The notes under the pieces are model-generated. The model was not told the DNA's origin. It made no database searches and saw only the letters and a program-made list of their open reading frames with translations. DNA of 64,000 nt, from contig JBMYPG010000003.1 in the NCBI GenBank assembly GCA_049600095.1, forward strand, positions 3,065 to 67,064. The letters run 5' to 3'. The DNA comes from Pikeienuella sp. (lineage in GTDB: Bacteria > Pseudomonadota > Alphaproteobacteria > Rhodobacterales > Rhodobacteraceae). Below, one piece after another: positions 9,557 through 18,835 of this stretch; positions within the stretch are counted from its first letter, which is position 1, and every line of letters starts with the position of its first letter. The translations under genes were made by a program, and so were the position numbers.

Positions 9557-10015
9557 TCAGTTCAAATAGATCATCTTCATTGGCTTCAATGTGTGAGCTT
9601 GCTCAAAGGTAAAAGCAGCATCGCTAAACTTTGGCTCAGCCTGACCGCCAACATTATTGGAGTAGGCATAACCTTCGATGGGCAGGCCATTTTCCATGTT
9701 CATCACCTGATCTGCGTTCTCATCATGGTGCAGAACGATGGCGTATCGCCCCGGGGGCAGCCACCCAACCGAGACTACCATTCTTTCGCCTGTCGGGGCT
9801 TCGCTGGCCCACGCCGTGATGTCCGTCGTCGATGATCCGGCAAATGCCGTTTCATCATCATAAACTAGGATATGAACAACACCTTTTGTGCTGCGCAATC
9901 CATCAACTTGGATCTTTAGTTCATTGCCCAACAGCGTTGGAAGAAGGAATACATACAGCAAGGCCAGCGTCGTGCCGGCCACTGCCAAAATGTTTGATAG
10001 GCCCCGCCGCGTCAT
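9557..10015 (-). CDS. DUF2141 domain protein
   Basis: GLRSTKGVV, LPPGRYAIVLHHDEN, GLPIEGYAYSNN; ATG overlaps the upstream stop (ATGA). Confidence 0.85.
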   Translation of the reverse strand: MTRRGLSNILAVAGTTLALLYVFLLPTLLGNELKIQVDGLRSTKGVVHILVYDDETAFAGSSTTDITAWASEAPTGERMVVSVGWLPPGRYAIVLHHDENADQVMNMENGLPIEGYAYSNNVGGQAEPKFSDAAFTFEQAHTLKPMKMIYLN

Positions 10016-10320
10016 GCAAGTAAGTTGGGGTAAAATGCGCTTGCGATATAATACGCGCCTGACCCAAACCAAAGTGCCATGAGTATCCAAAACAGGGCTG
10101 GATCTTCGTCTCGGTTAATCGCTTCGACCAAGAACACCTCGCCCCTGGTAAGAGCAAGGTAACCCCAATAGACGAACAACAGCCCCCAAATCGCGTACCA
10201 ACCCAGCAAAGTTGCCACAATCATTACCGGCAGAACGATAAGAGTGCGCCACTTCTGGCTGGCCCACACATTTTGGCCAGTCCGCGATTTTTGCGTTTCT
10301 GATTTTCGTTTTGGCGTCAT
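10012..10320 (-). CDS. Small hypothetical membrane protein
   Basis: About 102 aa, Trp-rich TM segments, translationally coupled to the DUF2141 gene. Confidence 0.75.
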   Translation of the reverse strand: MTPKRKSETQKSRTGQNVWASQKWRTLIVLPVMIVATLLGWYAIWGLLFVYWGYLALTRGEVFLVEAINRDEDPALFWILMALWFGSGAYYIASAFYPNLLA

Positions 10321-10393
10321 CTTTATAGCGCTCCTTTGAAGGCCATATATGATAACTGTATTCGATGTAAAACCACCACAATCAGAGATACTT

Positions 10394-11581
10394 ATGACAG
10401 GCCATCCAACATTTTCCGACAAACCTCAGCAGCAGCTACCTCGCGAAGCGTATGTTTCTGATGACTGGCTGGCGCGAGAGAAGCGCGACCTGTTTGGAAA
10501 AAACTGGGCATTTGTCGGGCTAACCCATGATTTCAAGGAACCCGGTGATTTTCGCACGGTTCAGGCCGGGCCGCATAACCTGATTGTTGTCAAAGACGCT
10601 GATGGGAACTTGCAAGGGCATCACAACATCTGTCGCCATCGCGGGACAGAGCTTGTCGAGGGGTGCGGCAATGCCGGAAAATCCTTTGTTTGCCCCTACC
10701 ATAATTGGGTTTTTAATCTGGATGGGCGGTTGCGAGGGGTGCCTGCACAGCGTGAATGCTTCCCTGACATGGATAAAAAGTCTATCCGCCTGTTCGGTGC
10801 AGCAGTCGGCATTTTCCGTGATCTGGTTTTTGTTCATCCAGAAGAAACACCAGAAGAAAGTTTTGACGATTACATTGGCGCACTGGATACCGTGCCTTGG
10901 CCGCATGATTTAGGCGGTGGGGCGATGGAAGAAAGCCCCGATGACATCGTTTATGAGCTTAAATGCAATTGGAAAGTTTTCTACGAAAACGCTATCGACG
11001 GTTATCACCTTGCCTACCTGCACAAGGAAACATTAGGCGGGCCGACCCATGATAAAAATATGTGGGAGGTATTTGGCCGTAATCTTGTGTGGTGGTCGAC
11101 AGAACGGGAAGGCGTGAAACACCGCATCCCTGAGTTTGTTGAGCAAGCTGGTGCTCAAAGTGGAATGACCAAGGTGAAGGGCGCTGACACCCCCGGATAT
11201 GGCGGTGTTTACATGCTGTTCCCAACGACGATTTTAACGCCCAATCCGTGGGGGTTTACCATCTCTACGTTGGAGCCGGTAGATGCTGGCACGACGCTGC
11301 TCCGCATTCGAAACTGGTCACCCAAAGGATGGCTCAGCTACCCACTGCGGGCAAAAGACATCCCCGGCTATGACCCCGCCGACGGTCGCATTCGGTCCTC
11401 AAAATGGACCGTTCACCCCCTCGATACAGGTGATTTCCAGACAGAGGATGTGTGGGTTTGCGAAAAGATGCAGCGGGCATTGCAATCACCTCGGCATCAG
11501 GTTGGCTTTATGGCCGAAGGCACTGGTGGAGAGGCAGTATTGGACCTGTTCCAACGACAGGTGCGGGCCTGCGTCGAGTAA
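10394..11581 (+). CDS. Rieske non-heme iron oxygenase alpha subunit (choline monooxygenase/betaine demethylase-like)
   Basis: CRHRG...CPYH Rieske ligands; NWKVFYENAIDGYHLAYLH mononuclear Fe site; EDVWVCE. Confidence 0.92.
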   Translation: MTGHPTFSDKPQQQLPREAYVSDDWLAREKRDLFGKNWAFVGLTHDFKEPGDFRTVQAGPHNLIVVKDADGNLQGHHNICRHRGTELVEGCGNAGKSFVCPYHNWVFNLDGRLRGVPAQRECFPDMDKKSIRLFGAAVGIFRDLVFVHPEETPEESFDDYIGALDTVPWPHDLGGGAMEESPDDIVYELKCNWKVFYENAIDGYHLAYLHKETLGGPTHDKNMWEVFGRNLVWWSTEREGVKHRIPEFVEQAGAQSGMTKVKGADTPGYGGVYMLFPTTILTPNPWGFTISTLEPVDAGTTLLRIRNWSPKGWLSYPLRAKDIPGYDPADGRIRSSKWTVHPLDTGDFQTEDVWVCEKMQRALQSPRHQVGFMAEGTGGEAVLDLFQRQVRACVE

Positions 11582-11649
11582 AGCCCTGAACAAGCCGAGG
11601 ATAGTTTGATTGCTATCTGAACGCGCCTAATGCTTAGGTAGGGGGCGGG

Positions 11650-12852
11650 GTGCTTGCCCTGCCTATTTTCGATGCAAGGGCGGCCCTATTGGCAAAGAAT
11701 TTGGCACCGTCAGGATTGTTTGTCTTACTGGCCGCTTCGATCGTGTCGGCGGTGCTCGGCTCTGTGCATGCATTTTCAGTCTTCATTACACCGCTGGAAG
11801 GGATGTTTGGGGCGAGCCGATCTGAGGTTTCGCTGACCTATTCATTCGCACTAATCGCCTTAACCTTTTCCGTTTTAGGCGGACCACGCCTGTTTGCCCG
11901 CGTCACGCCAGTGGTTTTCATGCCCACTGTTTGCGCCTTAGCGGCCGGTGGTGCCATCGCGGCGGGGCAAGCCGGGGCGTTGTGGCAGGTATGGCTGGGG
12001 TACAGCCTAGTTTTTGGGGCAGCAAACGGGTTGGGCTATGGATACGGCCTGCAAATCGCTGCCCGCGCCAATCCGGGTCGTGAAGGAATAGCTATGGGGG
12101 TCGTGACCGCCGCCTATGCGCTTGGCTCGGTTCTGTCACCACCGGCATTCGAGATTGCGGTTGATACCGGCGGATTTAGTGCCGCGATGAATGGGTTGGC
12201 AGGTATTTTGGTATTGGTTGGGGTTGTGAGCGCTGTTTTGCTTCGCTTTGCAAGGGCGAAAACCATTGCCAACGTCAATCAAAGTGGTGTCGGGTTCGCC
12301 CCGGCTCAGGAACAATTCCTGCTATGGTTAGGGTATTTGGGTGGTGTTTTAGCGGGCCTAATGGTGATCGGCCATGCCGCCGGGATTGCCTCCACTATCC
12401 AGCCGAATATAGCGGTCTGGTTGGCACCGGTGACCATATCGGTTTGCAACCTAGTCGGCAGCCTGATTGGTGGTCGGTTAATCGACAAAGCACCCTTGTG
12501 GGTATCCTTGTCCACCTTACCATTAATGACCGTGGCAGGCGTAATTGCGCTCGTGTTTTTTGGTTCGATGGCGGGGTTGCTAACAGCTCTCGGTCTGATT
12601 GGTTTTGCCTATGGCGGCACAATCGCTGCCTATCCCGCTGCAATCGCACGACTGTATGGAATGGCAAATAGTGCGCGCGTTTATGGTCGCGTTTTCACGG
12701 CATGGGGTTTGGCTGGTTTGATCGGGCCATGGTTGGCCGGGTGGTTGTATGATTGGAATAGCAACTATGAGATTGCTTTGTATGTGGCTGCGGTCAGCGG
12801 ACTAATCTCTGTCCTTGCGGCGGTACTACTGACAAAAAAGCGAGCGCCATAG
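11650..12852 (+). CDS. MFS transporter (OFA-like)
   Basis: About 12 TM segments; GSVHAFSVF, GAANGLGY, YGRVFTAWGLAGLIGP. Confidence 0.88.
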   Translation: MLALPIFDARAALLAKNLAPSGLFVLLAASIVSAVLGSVHAFSVFITPLEGMFGASRSEVSLTYSFALIALTFSVLGGPRLFARVTPVVFMPTVCALAAGGAIAAGQAGALWQVWLGYSLVFGAANGLGYGYGLQIAARANPGREGIAMGVVTAAYALGSVLSPPAFEIAVDTGGFSAAMNGLAGILVLVGVVSAVLLRFARAKTIANVNQSGVGFAPAQEQFLLWLGYLGGVLAGLMVIGHAAGIASTIQPNIAVWLAPVTISVCNLVGSLIGGRLIDKAPLWVSLSTLPLMTVAGVIALVFFGSMAGLLTALGLIGFAYGGTIAAYPAAIARLYGMANSARVYGRVFTAWGLAGLIGPWLAGWLYDWNSNYEIALYVAAVSGLISVLAAVLLTKKRAP

Positions 12853-12869
12853 CCACCTACACCCGTGGT

Positions 12870-13340
12870 TTAATCCCGATGATAGGGTGCACCGGCCAAT
12901 ATCGATGATGCCCGATACAACTGCTCAGCCAACATCACACGCACGAGCATATGTGGCCATACCATCGAACCAAAACTGAGCATACGATCAACGCGTGATC
13001 GCAGGACAGCATCATGGCCATCGGCCCCGCCGATCAAAAAGGCGCAATCACGCCGCCCTTGATCACGCAGATCAGCCAACATTTTGGCAAAAGCGCGGCT
13101 GTCCGGCGTTTTGCCCCGCTCATCCATGGCGATCAGGCAGGCACCGCTGGGTGCAGCATTAAGCAATAGCTCGCTTTCAGCCGCCGCGCCGCGTTTACGC
13201 TTGTCTTCAACTTCAACCAACGTCGCCGGGCCAAGCCCCAAGGGCCGCCCGGTTTGGTCAAAACGTTTTAGATAGTCGTTGTAGAGCGTCGCCTCAGGGC
13301 CGTTTCGCAGACGGCCCACTGCAATTATGGAGACTCGCAT
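12870..13340 (-). CDS. rlmH: 23S rRNA m3-pseudouridine-1915 methyltransferase
   Basis: MDERG, FLIGGADG, WPHMLVRVMLAEQLYRA, PYHR; follows rsfS. Confidence 0.97.
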   Translation of the reverse strand: MRVSIIAVGRLRNGPEATLYNDYLKRFDQTGRPLGLGPATLVEVEDKRKRGAAAESELLLNAAPSGACLIAMDERGKTPDSRAFAKMLADLRDQGRRDCAFLIGGADGHDAVLRSRVDRMLSFGSMVWPHMLVRVMLAEQLYRASSILAGAPYHRD

Positions 13341-13354
13341 CTATCCGCGCGTCG

Positions 13355-13798
13355 TTAACTGTGGCCCTGCGTGGCCTGTCCAGCGCCCGGCGTCGACATC
13401 CACATTTTTTCGAGCTGATAAAACTCACGCACTTCCGGACGGAACAGGTGTACGATGACATCGCCAGCATCAACCAGCACCCAATCGCCTGCTGCTTTAC
13501 CTTCAGTCCGCGTTGTGCGGCCAAGTTTTTGCTTTAGGTCATCGGTTAATTTTTCAGTCATTGCAGACACTTGCCGGGTCGAACGGCCAGAGGCCACAAC
13601 CATGTAATCGGCAATGGAGGATTTACCCGCCAAGTCGATTGTTACAACGTCTTCGGCCTTGTCCTGGTCAAGCCGGTCGAGAATGAAGTCCAGCAATTTA
13701 TCGCCGCCAATCTGATCATTTGCGTTATGACCAGTTTCATCCTGATCCGTTTTTTGCGGTTCTACCGCGTCTGAGCCGGTCATTTGGCCCGCATCCAT
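13355..13798 (-). CDS. rsfS: Ribosome silencing factor
   Basis: DKAEDVV, ADYMVVASGRSTRQV, WVLVDAGDVIVHLF, REFYQLEKMW. Confidence 0.97.
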   Translation of the reverse strand: MDAGQMTGSDAVEPQKTDQDETGHNANDQIGGDKLLDFILDRLDQDKAEDVVTIDLAGKSSIADYMVVASGRSTRQVSAMTEKLTDDLKQKLGRTTRTEGKAAGDWVLVDAGDVIVHLFRPEVREFYQLEKMWMSTPGAGQATQGHS

Positions 13799-13907
13799 CC
13801 GCTCATCAAGAACGAAATCCTTCTGATTCCACGCCGATTGCGCGCCCCCACATACTCAAAAACGGTATAAACCACAAGTAACCTCATAACGTTGATTAAA
13901 CACGTAA

Positions 13908-13950
13908 TGTGTCAGATGGCACTTGCCTGAATTTGCTTCGCGCCGATAAT
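13908..13950 (+). promoter_or_regulatory. Putative class II CRP-family-dependent promoter of the MBL gene
   Basis: TGTG-N8-CACT at 13908-13923, then TTGCCT-16 bp-GATAAT (13945-13950). Confidence 0.45.
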
Positions 13951-14005
13951 AAAAGGCTGCGTAATATGCTCCAAAGGTAGGGGTGTGTGCTTTTTGGGGG
14001 CGAGT

Positions 14006-14986
14006 ATGAGTAAGATTAAGGTGACGTTCTGGGGAACGAGAGGGTCAATTCCGACCTCTTTCACTCAGGCCGACATGGCTGAAACGCTGGCCAACGCCCT
14101 GAACGCCGCGTCACCCGCAGACGTCGCCACACCCGAAGCTGTTGATGCTTTTGTCGCATCTGGCTGCAATGGTGCAGTACCTACCAGATTTGGCGGCGAA
14201 ACGACCTGCGTCGAATTTGAAAACGCTGGTGGTGGACGTGTGATTATTGACTTTGGTTCAGGCGTGCGCCGCTTTGGCGCTGCGATGCTGGGCAAAGTTG
14301 GCCCTGTATCGGACCGGCCTTATCAATTTTTGATGTCTCATATGCATTGGGACCACATTCAAGGCTTTCCGTTCTTCGTTCCCGGTTTCATTCCCGGCAA
14401 TCAGGTGAAAATCGCAGGGTGCCACCCTGCCGATGTGATTGAGGGGGCCATTACTGGCCAGTTCCAACCCGCAGTGTTCCCCGTTCCTTATCAGGTATTG
14501 GGTGCTGACATTTCCTATACCGGCCTGGACCCAGAAGAACCCTTTGAGATGGAAGGGTTCAAAATCACCCCACATCTGCTGAACCATGGCGGCGGCTGTT
14601 ACGGTTATCGGTTTGAATATGATGGCGTATCGGTCGTTTACGCATCTGACGCTGAGCATAAGCCAGAACAGATCAACCCCGATTACCCCTATGTGCATTG
14701 GGCCAAAGGTGCCGATGCGCTAATTTTCGATGCACAGTATTCCTTGCTGGAATCCATTTCAGTAAAAGAAGACTGGGGGCATTCTTCGAACATCGTTGGT
14801 GTGGAGCTTGCCCACATTGCTGGTGTTAAAAAGCTGCTGCTGACTCACCATGAACCGCTGAATGGCGATGAGCTATTGTCCAAGATCGTGGATAAATCTG
14901 TACAATATGAAGAGCTTCACCGCCCAAAAGGTGCTGATAAAGTTGAGGTTGTAGGTGCCTATGACGGGCTTGTGGTCGAGGCCTGA
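14006..14986 (+). CDS. MBL-fold metallo-hydrolase (phosphodiesterase/RNase Z-like subgroup)
   Basis: FWGTRGSIP, GGETTCVE, IDFGSG, SHMHWDH (HxHxDH), DAQY, WGHS, HHEP. Confidence 0.9.
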   Translation: MSKIKVTFWGTRGSIPTSFTQADMAETLANALNAASPADVATPEAVDAFVASGCNGAVPTRFGGETTCVEFENAGGGRVIIDFGSGVRRFGAAMLGKVGPVSDRPYQFLMSHMHWDHIQGFPFFVPGFIPGNQVKIAGCHPADVIEGAITGQFQPAVFPVPYQVLGADISYTGLDPEEPFEMEGFKITPHLLNHGGGCYGYRFEYDGVSVVYASDAEHKPEQINPDYPYVHWAKGADALIFDAQYSLLESISVKEDWGHSSNIVGVELAHIAGVKKLLLTHHEPLNGDELLSKIVDKSVQYEELHRPKGADKVEVVGAYDGLVVEA

Positions 14987-15021
14987 TTTTAGGCACGACT
15001 CCTGATCATGACGGGGGCTAG

Positions 15022-17298
15022 CTAACCCAGCCCCAACAGCAATCGTTCTGCCGTTGCTGGTGCATCCAAACCTCGCCATTCACCAGCGGCCGCATTCAAT
15101 GCCTGCTGTAGGGCCAAGAATGCGGACACGCCCAACATTAACGGCGGCTCGCCCACTGCCTTGGATCGACGAATGGTGTTCTCTCGGTTTTCGCCCGGTT
15201 GCCACAAGGCGACGTTCATGACATCAGCCCGATCACCCGCCGTCGGGATTTTGTAGGTAGAGGGCGCGTGAGTTGCCAAGCGGCCTTTGCCGTCCCACCA
15301 TAATTCTTCGGTCGTCAGCCAGCCAACACCTTGTGCGTAGCCGCCCTCTACTTGTCCCAAGTCAATCGCAGGATTTAGCGACCGTCCTGCATCATGTAGA
15401 ATGTCAGCTCGCAGCAATCGGTTTTCGCCTGTTAGCGTATCAACCAAAACTTCACTAACTGCTGCTCCATAAGCGAAGTAATAGAAAGGGCGGCCTTTTG
15501 CTGCTTCTTTATCCCAGTGAATATCTGGCGTTGCGTAGAACCCGCTAGCCGCCAGTGATACGCGCGACATATAGGCTGATTTGACGGCCGCTGCCCAAGG
15601 CATCTCATTGCCAGCCCAGCGCACAACGCCGCCCTCAAACACCACATCACTGGCCCCTAGGTGGTCGGCAATACGTGCTTTCAATTGCGCGCAAGCATCC
15701 TTCACTGCCATGCCGTTCATATCGGACCCGGAGGAGGCCGCTGTGGCAGATGTATTGGGTACTTTGTCGGTTCGGGTCGCGGTGATCCGTATCGCCTCCA
15801 ACGGTAATCCGAATTCAGAGGCTGCGACCTGCGCGACCTTGAGATACAGCCCCTGCCCCATCTCTGTTCCGCCATGGTTCAACATAACAGAGCCGTCTTG
15901 ATAGATCAGCACCAGTGCACCAGCTTGGTTAAGGAAAGTTGTTGTGAAGGAAATGCCGAATTTTACCGGCGTTAGTGAAATTCCGCGTTTCAAGACAGCA
16001 TTGGTGGCATTCCACCCCGCGATGTCAGAGCGGCGTGTGTCATAGTCGCTGGTCTCACGCAGTTCATCAACGATGCGATCAATGACGCAATCGGTGACAT
16101 CCATATGATAAGGCGTCGTAACCCTCTGGCCGGGGCCATCTGCTGCTTCGTAGAAATTGCGCTGCCGCACTTCCAACGGATCCAGGCCCAGATCATCAGC
16201 GATATGCTCAATCATCCGCTCCGCACCCAAAACCCCTTGCGGGCCACCAAAGCCGCGGAAGGCTGTCATTGATACGAGATTGGTTTTGCAACGGTGAGAG
16301 ATGATCTCTGCCGCCGGATAGAAATAGGCGTTATCAGCGTGGAACATCGCACGATCAGCGATGGCGGCGCTCAGGTCATGAGACCACCCGCAATTTGCCC
16401 ATTGTTCGAAACGAACACCTTGAATGCGCCCCTCGCCATCATATCCAACCTGATAAGCCACGCGGAAAGGGTGCCGTTTGCCGGTTAGGGCCATATCGTC
16501 ATCACGATCGAGACGCAGTTTCGCTGATCGCCCGGTGAACTGGGCGGTTATCGCAGCAGCCACAGCAATCAGGTTCCCTTGTGTTTCCTTGCCGCCAAAG
16601 CCGCCCCCCATGCGGCGGACCTCTACCGTTACGGCATTGGAAGGTACATCAAGGTTATGTGCTACAACGGCCTGCACTTCGCTGGGGTGTTGGGTGGACG
16701 ATAGGACGTGAACCTCATCTCCCTCGCCTGGCGTGGCGACGGCAATTTGCCCTTCCAAATAGAAGTGATCTTGCCCGCCCATGTCGATTTGGCCGGTCAA
16801 AACATTGGGTGCGCTCGCGATTGCGGCGGTCGCGTCACCCCGTGCCATTCGATAAGGTTCATGCAGGTATGACCCTGCCTTGATTGCGTCATCGATGGTT
16901 AGAACGGGTGGGTCCTCGGCATATTTGAGTTGCGCCAATTTGGCCGCGGCTCGGGCTGAAGCACGGCTTTCTGCTGCAACGATAAAAAGAGCTTGCCCAT
17001 GATAACTGATCGTTGCCTTACCACCGACCAAGGCCAGCGCAGGTTCATCATGAACCGCCGGTCCGGTGTCGTTGATACCCGGAATGTCATCACCTGTATA
17101 AACGGCCACAACACCATCAGCTGTGCGAACCGCTGAAAGGTCAGCCTCAGTGATTTGCCCGCAAGCGATTGTGCTTAACCCGAGGGCCAGATGCAGCATT
17201 CCCGGCGGCTCTGGCATATCATCAACATACCGGGCTGCTCCTGCAACCTGTCGATCGGCGCTGTCGTGGCGGAGGGGTTTGAAAATTGGATCAGACAT
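15022..17298 (-). CDS. xdhB: Xanthine dehydrogenase molybdopterin-binding subunit
   Basis: GGQDHFYLEG, RRMGGGFGGKETQ, AFRGFGGPQG, HGGTEMGQG, SKAVGEPP. Confidence 0.96.
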   Translation of the reverse strand: MSDPIFKPLRHDSADRQVAGAARYVDDMPEPPGMLHLALGLSTIACGQITEADLSAVRTADGVVAVYTGDDIPGINDTGPAVHDEPALALVGGKATISYHGQALFIVAAESRASARAAAKLAQLKYAEDPPVLTIDDAIKAGSYLHEPYRMARGDATAAIASAPNVLTGQIDMGGQDHFYLEGQIAVATPGEGDEVHVLSSTQHPSEVQAVVAHNLDVPSNAVTVEVRRMGGGFGGKETQGNLIAVAAAITAQFTGRSAKLRLDRDDDMALTGKRHPFRVAYQVGYDGEGRIQGVRFEQWANCGWSHDLSAAIADRAMFHADNAYFYPAAEIISHRCKTNLVSMTAFRGFGGPQGVLGAERMIEHIADDLGLDPLEVRQRNFYEAADGPGQRVTTPYHMDVTDCVIDRIVDELRETSDYDTRRSDIAGWNATNAVLKRGISLTPVKFGISFTTTFLNQAGALVLIYQDGSVMLNHGGTEMGQGLYLKVAQVAASEFGLPLEAIRITATRTDKVPNTSATAASSGSDMNGMAVKDACAQLKARIADHLGASDVVFEGGVVRWAGNEMPWAAAVKSAYMSRVSLAASGFYATPDIHWDKEAAKGRPFYYFAYGAAVSEVLVDTLTGENRLLRADILHDAGRSLNPAIDLGQVEGGYAQGVGWLTTEELWWDGKGRLATHAPSTYKIPTAGDRADVMNVALWQPGENRENTIRRSKAVGEPPLMLGVSAFLALQQALNAAAGEWRGLDAPATAERLLLGLG

Positions 17299-18751
17299 TG
17301 CCAGCCCCCAATGCCGCACCACGGCCCGTGACCCTCATATCGCCAAATCGCCGCTCCAGATAATACTTCAGCAGCAAGTTCCGCGCGACGGTCATGCGGT
17401 ATGTTGCACTGGCGCGGTGATCAGTCATTGGCGCAAAATCCTGATCCAGCGCCTGCATCGCCTCCGCAACAGTTTCTTCGGTAAATGGCTTGCCGATCAG
17501 TATCGCCTCCGCCGCCGTGGCCCGTTTGGGTATAGCCGCCATGCCGCCATAGGCAATTCTTGCGGCTGCTACGATGCCAGCGTCTATAGTGATATTTATT
17601 GCGGCCAAAACTGCCGTAATATCCTGATCGAACCGCTTCGAGATTTTATAACAGCGCATGTCGGCTGATTTTGTAGGAGAGGCAATTTCAACAGCCTCAA
17701 CAAATTCACCCGCCTGCCGATCTTGTTGTCCATAAGCGATAAAGTAATCCTGTATCGCCACCCGCCGCCTTGTATCCCCTTGACGCAGGAGAACATCTGC
17801 ACCCAGCGCAATCAGGGCAGGTGGCGCATCACCAATCGGGGAGCCATTCGCAATATTCCCACACAATGTCCCGGCATTGCGCACTTGAGGGCTGGCGAAA
17901 CGCCGCCAAAGCTCTCCTAAATCGGGGGCCAAGCCAGCCAGCGCTGTCATCGCATCACTATGGCTGACCGCTGCGCCGACACGGATGCCGCCGTTTTGCG
18001 TGGTTTCCACGGTCTTAAGGTCCGCACAGTCACCAAGGTAGATCACTTTTTCCGGTGTGAACCCGTGCTTTGTTACCCATAGGCCAATGTCAGTTGCGCC
18101 CGCCAAAATGGTTGCATCGGGGTGGGCGTTTATCAGTTCAGCCAGATCATCGGCTTTGCGAGGGGCCCAGAATTGCGACCCGTTATGCTTATATGACAAC
18201 GCAGAGGGTTCCAGAGCGGCCAGTCGCGCGGTAGCCTCTGCCTGATCACTGATCGCGCGCGGTTCATCACGTGCAGCCTCCGCTGCGGCCAGTATCGGGC
18301 CATAGCCAGTACATCGACACAGATTGCCTGCCAGTTGGTCGGCGACTGATTTGGTGTCGGTCGCAGCGCCAGCCTCGTAATTGTCCCAAAGGCTCATCAC
18401 AAAGCCCGGCGTACAGAACCCACATTGTGATCCATGCCCCTCGGCCAATGCTTTTTGCACTGGGTGCGGGCCATCATCGGTTCCAACACCTTCAACGGTG
18501 ATTACCTCTTTGCCGTGCAACATCGGCAAAAGCTGGATGCAGGCATTCACTGTTTTCTGACGCAGCTCGCCATCATCTGATAACTCGCGAACCACAACTG
18601 TACATGCGCCACAATCACCCTCGGCACATCCCTCTTTGGTTCCGGTCAGACGTTTAGAATATCGCAACCAATCCAGCAGCGTCATATGCGACGGCTGATC
18701 ATTGATGATCTGCACTTCACCATTCACGATGATTTTTAATGCGTCGTCCAT
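17291..18751 (-). CDS. xdhA: Xanthine dehydrogenase small (2Fe-2S/FAD) subunit
   Basis: GTKEGCAEGDCGACT, SQCGFCTPGF, GNLCRCTGY, YKISKRFDQDI. Confidence 0.96.
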   Translation of the reverse strand: MDDALKIIVNGEVQIINDQPSHMTLLDWLRYSKRLTGTKEGCAEGDCGACTVVVRELSDDGELRQKTVNACIQLLPMLHGKEVITVEGVGTDDGPHPVQKALAEGHGSQCGFCTPGFVMSLWDNYEAGAATDTKSVADQLAGNLCRCTGYGPILAAAEAARDEPRAISDQAEATARLAALEPSALSYKHNGSQFWAPRKADDLAELINAHPDATILAGATDIGLWVTKHGFTPEKVIYLGDCADLKTVETTQNGGIRVGAAVSHSDAMTALAGLAPDLGELWRRFASPQVRNAGTLCGNIANGSPIGDAPPALIALGADVLLRQGDTRRRVAIQDYFIAYGQQDRQAGEFVEAVEIASPTKSADMRCYKISKRFDQDITAVLAAINITIDAGIVAAARIAYGGMAAIPKRATAAEAILIGKPFTEETVAEAMQALDQDFAPMTDHRASATYRMTVARNLLLKYYLERRFGDMRVTGRGAALGAGNV

Positions 18752-18835
18752 CACATGCCCCGGTTGTTATCACACTGGAGCATCACGCCAAGTTAACCGC
18801 TTGTCCAGCAGGCACTTACTATTCAGCGGGCAGAT

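Noticed and set aside
13917-13938. TGGCAC...TTGC as a sigma54 promoter
   Set aside because: Spacing does not fit TGGCAC-N5-TTGC
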